A stretch of 32,720 bases of DNA. Source: a virus (lineage: Duplodnaviria; Caudoviricetes). The notes beneath the pieces were generated by a model. That model saw nothing but the letters and a program-made list of their open reading frames with translations, was not told the DNA's origin and did no database searches. The stretch lies in IMG/VR virus record IMGVR_UViG_3300032280_000323, positions 1 through 32,720 of that record; one strand, written 5' to 3'. The number at the start of each line of letters is the position of its first letter. The stretch's first letter is position 1. This document shows, piece by piece, positions 28,766 through 32,720 of the stretch. The position numbers and the translations under genes were made by a program.

Positions 28766-29418
28766 ATTATTTTGTTTATTTGTCTATAAATATAATTATA
28801 ATCTTTTTTAATAAAGGTTTCAATATCTTTTAATTTTTTTATTATTTTTTCAAAGATATAAATATGGCCTTTTGTATTAGGATGACCAAAATCATCACAG
28901 ACCAATCCTTTTTTTTTCATATGATTTAACATTCCTGAAAATAAATCACATTGGTCAAATTCTATAAAATTTTGAAAATCTATTTTATCATATGTAGATA
29001 GAGATTTTACCTCTTTATTTATTTCCATATAATTGAAAAATAAATATTTTACACCAATTGACTTTAAATACTCCTGTAATATAAACATATAATGAATTGT
29101 ATGTTCACTTGCCATTGGTTCAAATTTTGGATGATATTGTGTATGGTCGGATAAATTAACATAATAGTAGTTACCCATAATATCACAATGTAATCTACGA
29201 TTAACGCCTGACCATTGTATAATAACTAAATCAGGTTTAATTTCCATACCATTTAATCTTTCTAATGTAGTATGTAATATCCAATCATTACCTACACCAC
29301 ATTGAGAGTCATTTATAATATTCCAACCCATTTCTTTTGCAAGTATGTTTGGATAAGAATTATTGTATTCTACTCCATATCCATGTGTAATCGAACATCC
29401 GTTTACATATAATAACAT
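28762..29418 (-). CDS. SGNH/GDSL hydrolase-family protein (esterase/acyltransferase-like)
   Basis: Block I NGCSITHG, block II GVGND, IIQWS, block V DFGHP. The likely start is ATG 29418; the track extends it to GTG 29490. Confidence 0.8.
   Translation of the reverse strand: MLLYVNGCSITHGYGVEYNNSYPNILAKEMGWNIINDSQCGVGNDWILHTTLERLNGMEIKPDLVIIQWSGVNRRLHCDIMGNYYYVNLSDHTQYHPKFEPMASEHTIHYMFILQEYLKSIGVKYLFFNYMEINKEVKSLSTYDKIDFQNFIEFDQCDLFSGMLNHMKKKGLVCDDFGHPNTKGHIYIFEKIIKKLKDIETFIKKDYNYIYRQINKII
28786..28792 (-). promoter_or_regulatory. Putative phage late promoter core TATTTAT upstream of the polyprotein
   Basis: The same heptamer lies just upstream of starts at 2958-2964, 9448-9454, 18210-18216, 29674-29680 and 31392-31398. 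The AT-rich background limits certainty. Confidence 0.4.
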
Positions 29419-29522
29419 AGGGGCGGGGGTTGGGGGGGTGAGTCGTTTTTTAAAGAAATTTTTTAGAACATACCTTCTATTGATAGTCACTACTTCTTTC
29501 TTTTACTTTGAGGAGAGTAGTT

Positions 29523-29675
29523 CTATTTCTTCTTTATATCCCTTTTAAGTCGTCTTAAGTACCATATGGGAAAGTATATCACCCAATAGAGAGAAGCTCC
29601 CACAATTCCAACGAAAATGACGAATGACATCATTATAAAACGTAAGAATAGTAATATAGTCTTAATCATTGACAT
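29523..29675 (-). CDS. Small membrane protein (50 aa, below the ORF-track cutoff)
   Basis: MSMIKTILLFLRFIMMSFVIFVGIVGASLYWVIYFPIWYLRRLKRDIKKK: hydrophobic, with a basic tail. Confidence 0.55.
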   Translation of the reverse strand: MSMIKTILLFLRFIMMSFVIFVGIVGASLYWVIYFPIWYLRRLKRDIKKK

Positions 29676-29682
29676 AAATAAT

Positions 29683-30879
29683 TTATTGAATCAGTTCTAC
29701 TTCATCACCAGGACCTTGATATGCCCATTCGGTTGGAGGTACATTGGGGTCGGTTTGTAAAGCCCATAGAGTAAATTTTCCGTTAAATACCTTTTTAAAT
29801 ACATAACCATCGAATGTTGAACCTTCTCTTATTACACGAGTTGATTTCGGACTCAACTTTTCTCCTTTCTTGCTAAAAGTTTTGATATCAGGTGTATTAA
29901 TAACACCCATTCCGTTTCTCTTACCATCCCTTTGTCTTTTTACTCGGTATTGATTAATTACGGGTGGAGTTACGATTGGTTGACTTGGTGCACCGGTTAC
30001 AATTTCTTGTTTAAGTTTTTCAATCTCCTCATTGGTAGTTGCAACAGGTGTAGGTTCAACGGATACCAAATCACTACTTTCGGTTTGTTTGAAACTATGA
30101 TTAGAACCAGAATCATCAGTATCAGTCTTTGCAATAATATCTTCTATAATGATACCATAAGTATTGGGAGTAGGTATTACCCCTTTAAAGAAAGTATCTT
30201 GTATTTTGGTAAAATCGGTTCTAAGTAATTTTAATTGTTTACTTAATTCTATAATAAAGGTTTGTAGTCTCTTTGGGTCGAAAATAGTTTTTTCTTGTTC
30301 GGTAACAGTTATAATAGGTACAATGGTATAGTGTGATGCATTAGGATTATTCTTTGTATCTACCATTTTAAAGTAGTCTACTACCTCAAACTTATCGGAT
30401 GGTCTTTCACTATCCTTATCCAATGTATAATTGATTTGGTCTATTAACTTCTTTGGTATACCTTCCACTACTCCACCATCTACATCATTGGTATAAGTAA
30501 TATCCGTTACACCTGCCTGTTTATTCTGAAAATCTCTACCATCTATAATGGATTGGAGTTTGGTTATGTCCAATTCAATCATCTTAATTGTTTTACCCAT
30601 ACTCACCACTTTATCCTTAATAGTTAACTTGCCATTCTCTACAATATCATAGTGTGGGTTCTTTGAATCTTTTATATCTTTAAGGGTTTGTGGTGAACAT
30701 AGATAGTTTTCACCTACCTTTACTACTATACCATTTCCTTTAATAACGGGTTTAAGATTATTAAGTGGCACACCGATAGGTAAATAAATAGGTTTAATAT
30801 CCTTTGATGCACTAATTTTCCATTGTGCACCTTCTAATGTATACCTTTCGGGGTTTTGTGTTATAAGTTTAATACTCAT
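29683..30879 (-). CDS. Hypothetical phage protein
   Basis: 398-aa ORF with no motif recognised. Confidence 0.65.
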   Translation of the reverse strand: MSIKLITQNPERYTLEGAQWKISASKDIKPIYLPIGVPLNNLKPVIKGNGIVVKVGENYLCSPQTLKDIKDSKNPHYDIVENGKLTIKDKVVSMGKTIKMIELDITKLQSIIDGRDFQNKQAGVTDITYTNDVDGGVVEGIPKKLIDQINYTLDKDSERPSDKFEVVDYFKMVDTKNNPNASHYTIVPIITVTEQEKTIFDPKRLQTFIIELSKQLKLLRTDFTKIQDTFFKGVIPTPNTYGIIIEDIIAKTDTDDSGSNHSFKQTESSDLVSVEPTPVATTNEEIEKLKQEIVTGAPSQPIVTPPVINQYRVKRQRDGKRNGMGVINTPDIKTFSKKGEKLSPKSTRVIREGSTFDGYVFKKVFNGKFTLWALQTDPNVPPTEWAYQGPGDEVELIQ

Positions 30880-31189
30880 CGATGTAATCTAAATCTTTTG
30901 TTATTTCTTTAAATGCCTTTTTATATAATCTTAATTCATCTTTGATTGTTGACTTACGATTTACTCTTATATCGTATATTGTTCTTTGTAGTTCCCTATA
31001 CAAACCTAAGTCAACTGTATCTACTATGATATAATTAATTTCTAATTCTTTTTTATATTTGCCAAAAGCAGTATCATCCTTTACTTCTTCTTTATACTCA
31101 TCTAAAGGTTGTACTTTATATATCTTTGCAACTCCGATGGATGTACCAAATTCCTGTGCAGCTCTGTCAAAGACTTCTTCTTTTAACAT
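30869..31189 (-). CDS. Hypothetical phage protein
   Basis: Likely start MLKEEV at 31189, directly after the stop of the upstream gene. Confidence 0.6.
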   Translation of the reverse strand: MLKEEVFDRAAQEFGTSIGVAKIYKVQPLDEYKEEVKDDTAFGKYKKELEINYIIVDTVDLGLYRELQRTIYDIRVNRKSTIKDELRLYKKAFKEITKDLDYIDEY

Positions 31190-31190
31190 A

Positions 31191-31385
31191 TTATTTCTTT
31201 TTAATGGGTATAGGAACAACTATTTTCTTTTTCATTGCAAGAGGTACATTACTTCTATCACCAACTGAACCAAATGGATTAAAATCTTTATTTGCACATC
31301 TTGTTAGATAATCTTCATCACTTTCGTTAGGTAATCTTTCACAATGACCTTCGAATACTTTTGATAATAATTCTTTTAGTTTCAT
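31191..31385 (-). CDS. Small hypothetical protein
   Basis: 64 aa, MKLKELL... N-terminus; TATTTAT motif upstream. Confidence 0.6.
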   Translation of the reverse strand: MKLKELLSKVFEGHCERLPNESDEDYLTRCANKDFNPFGSVGDRSNVPLAMKKKIVVPIPIKKK

Positions 31386-31577
31386 ACTCCTATAAATATC
31401 ACTTAAGTAAATAAAATTCTCTTAATTGTCAGATGTGAGTGTCAACTCATATGTCAAAATAACTCGTATAGGGAAAAAATATGACCCCGGTATTCGCACG
31501 TATCCGACCCGGTTTTTGCGAACGTGTCTTTGCCTAGTCACATGAAACTCGACCAACTCAATCGGGCAAAATGAGCA

Positions 31578-31610
31578 CAAAGAAACCGACATCATTTACG
31601 ATATCGGTTC
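31578..31610 (-). terminator. Stem-loop, probable terminator
   Basis: AACCGATATC-gtaaat-GATGTCGGTT followed by TCTTT on the minus strand (weak U-tract). Confidence 0.5.
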
Positions 31611-31676
31611 ATCCTACGATTAGGAGCTCTTTGTAATTAAAATGAAAATATGAAAACTAAACCAAAACTTCTTTTT

Positions 31677-31901
31677 TTAAAACATACGTTGTACCCACTT
31701 AGGATAGTTAGTGTATTGAGACATTAACTCATTACTTCTATAATCTTTCACTTCTACTCTACTACCTATCTTCATATCCTTACACCATTTTTGAAATTCT
31801 ATATCAGACATAACTTTCTCTCTCTCACTCTCTATACTTGTATACTTCTCTATGTCTATACTATGTACTACATCTTGTATACTACTATTACTATTACTCA
31901 T
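31677..31901 (-). CDS. Small hypothetical protein
   Basis: 74-aa ORF, co-oriented with its neighbours. Confidence 0.5.
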   Translation of the reverse strand: MSNSNSSIQDVVHSIDIEKYTSIESEREKVMSDIEFQKWCKDMKIGSRVEVKDYRSNELMSQYTNYPKWVQRMF

Positions 31902-31943
31902 ACTATATATTTAACTGAATTTATTTTTATTAAGATTGTCCGA

Positions 31944-32174
31944 TTAAGCTTTTGCTTTTGCTGGATGTAATTCAAAGATTTGTTTTAGATACTCATCCTC
32001 ATTCTCCATATCCTCAGCTGTCATATCGTTATACCTATCTAACAAAGCAATTGCGGACCTGATTTCACTCAGCTGTTCACTAGCTAACCATTTAGGTTTG
32101 CCATCTTGCAGTCCTTTAATTTTTTTCATTAATACTACCTCATCTTGTTTCAATTTCTTTATTGCGTAATCCAT
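31944..32174 (-). CDS. Small hypothetical protein
   Basis: 76-aa helical ORF overlapping the stop region of the upstream gene. Confidence 0.6.
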   Translation of the reverse strand: MDYAIKKLKQDEVVLMKKIKGLQDGKPKWLASEQLSEIRSAIALLDRYNDMTAEDMENEDEYLKQIFELHPAKAKA

Positions 32175-32566
32175 TTGTTATTTTGTTTTATATGTGTCCA
32201 ACATTCTTTTGTGTACTTATCTTCATTCCTTCTTGCTTGTCTCTCATACGGGTTTCTACTATATGAACCGGGGTACTTATAATACTTTGTTCTTATTGGT
32301 TGTAGTTGGTGTGTCCATTCGTGTATACATGTAGCGATTAACTCTCGCACATCTTCACATTGGTCCCAGTATATCCAAATCTCATTATCATCAGCATCGT
32401 ATGCACCACAATCCGTATCATATCCTTTCACTACGGACCAGATTGGCTCAAACTTTTTTCTTTTATTAACTCCTAAATTTCTCTTACACCATCGTAGAGC
32501 CATATTAGTTATACTTACAGCCGGAGCACGACCTAACCCTTGCACCTTCGTGTTTAAATAAATCAT
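32159..32566 (-). CDS. Zincin-like (HExxH) metallopeptidase-domain protein
   Basis: CGAY...IWIY...LIATCIHEWTHQLQ...NPYERQA. Confidence 0.75.
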   Translation of the reverse strand: MIYLNTKVQGLGRAPAVSITNMALRWCKRNLGVNKRKKFEPIWSVVKGYDTDCGAYDADDNEIWIYWDQCEDVRELIATCIHEWTHQLQPIRTKYYKYPGSYSRNPYERQARRNEDKYTKECWTHIKQNNKWITQ

Positions 32567-32584
32567 TTGTGTTTGTTTAGTTAT

Positions 32585-32616
32585 AAAAAAAGTGGCACTA
32601 TTGGGATGCCACTTTT
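32585..32616 (-). terminator. Rho-independent terminator downstream of the tRNA
   Basis: Minus strand AAAAGTGGCA-tcccaatag-TGCCACTTTTTTT. Confidence 0.8.
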
Positions 32617-32693
32617 ATTGATATCAAAGCTTTCTTTGTAAAGTAAATCGGAGAATAACCATTTGTAAAGTAACCAATATGCTTTTGATATAG

Positions 32694-32720
32694 AGCGGTG
32701 AGCTAGATTTGAACTAACCC
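32694..32720 (-). tRNA. 3' part of a tRNA (probably tRNA-Gly), truncated by the window edge
   Basis: Minus strand GGGTTAG-TTCAAAT-CTAGC (T arm), then TCACCGC-T (3' acceptor strand plus discriminator U), then CTA with no encoded CCA. C70-G71-C72-U73 are bacterial Gly identity elements. The anticodon is outside the window. Confidence 0.75.

Noticed and set aside
680-31311. All plus-strand ORFs in the track (e.g. 680-889, 1504-1953, 7494-7790, 20873-21175, 22102-22410, 29932-30228)
   Set aside because: They lie antisense to longer minus-strand genes, many with clear motifs, and have shadow-type composition (Ser/Phe/Ile/Leu-rich) with no recognisable domains.
1-32720. Stop-codon reassignment, CRISPR array, diversity-generating retroelement, integrase or transposase
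   Set aside because: Genes tile densely under the standard code with TAA, TAG and TGA all used as stops. I saw no repeat-spacer array, reverse transcriptase or recombinase motifs.

Overview
This AT-rich window is from a large myovirus-type (T4-like, contractile-tail) bacteriophage genome. Every credible gene lies on the minus strand. TTTG-N20-TAnnTTnG promoter-like motifs and A-rich, Shine-Dalgarno-free start regions suggest a Bacteroidota host (inference). Positions 1-12.3 kb hold a baseplate/virion module: a >981-aa wedge-like protein missed by the ORF track, plus gp6-like, gp25-like and gp5-like spike/hub genes. Positions 12.3-19.4 kb hold a NodU/CmcH carbamoyltransferase, a gp55-like late sigma factor, peptide deformylase, a DUF2061-like protein, a HIGH-family nucleotidyltransferase, Hsp20 and an HD protein. 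Positions 19.5-29.5 kb form a dense tailoring-enzyme cluster: five 2OG-Fe(II) oxygenases, two sulfotransferases, an Rmt2/GAMT-like methyltransferase, a GNAT, a GT10-like protein, an SGNH protein and a Cys-rich zinc protein. Near the upstream end of the cluster is a 644-aa polyprotein with the architecture circularly permuted ATP-grasp / Hint / 75-aa six-Cys peptide / S74 autocleaving chaperone. Most enzymes of the cluster end in a shared K-x-hydrophobic-hydrophobic C-terminal tag (KTLF, KSLF, KTLI, KNII and similar). This is the best candidate for an undescribed system: a phage-encoded, self-excising peptide with a co-targeted modification machinery. Positions 29.5-32.7 kb hold small hypothetical genes, a structured intergenic region, an HExxH protein and the 3' part of a tRNA (probably Gly). 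All family calls come from motif recognition by eye; no searches were run.
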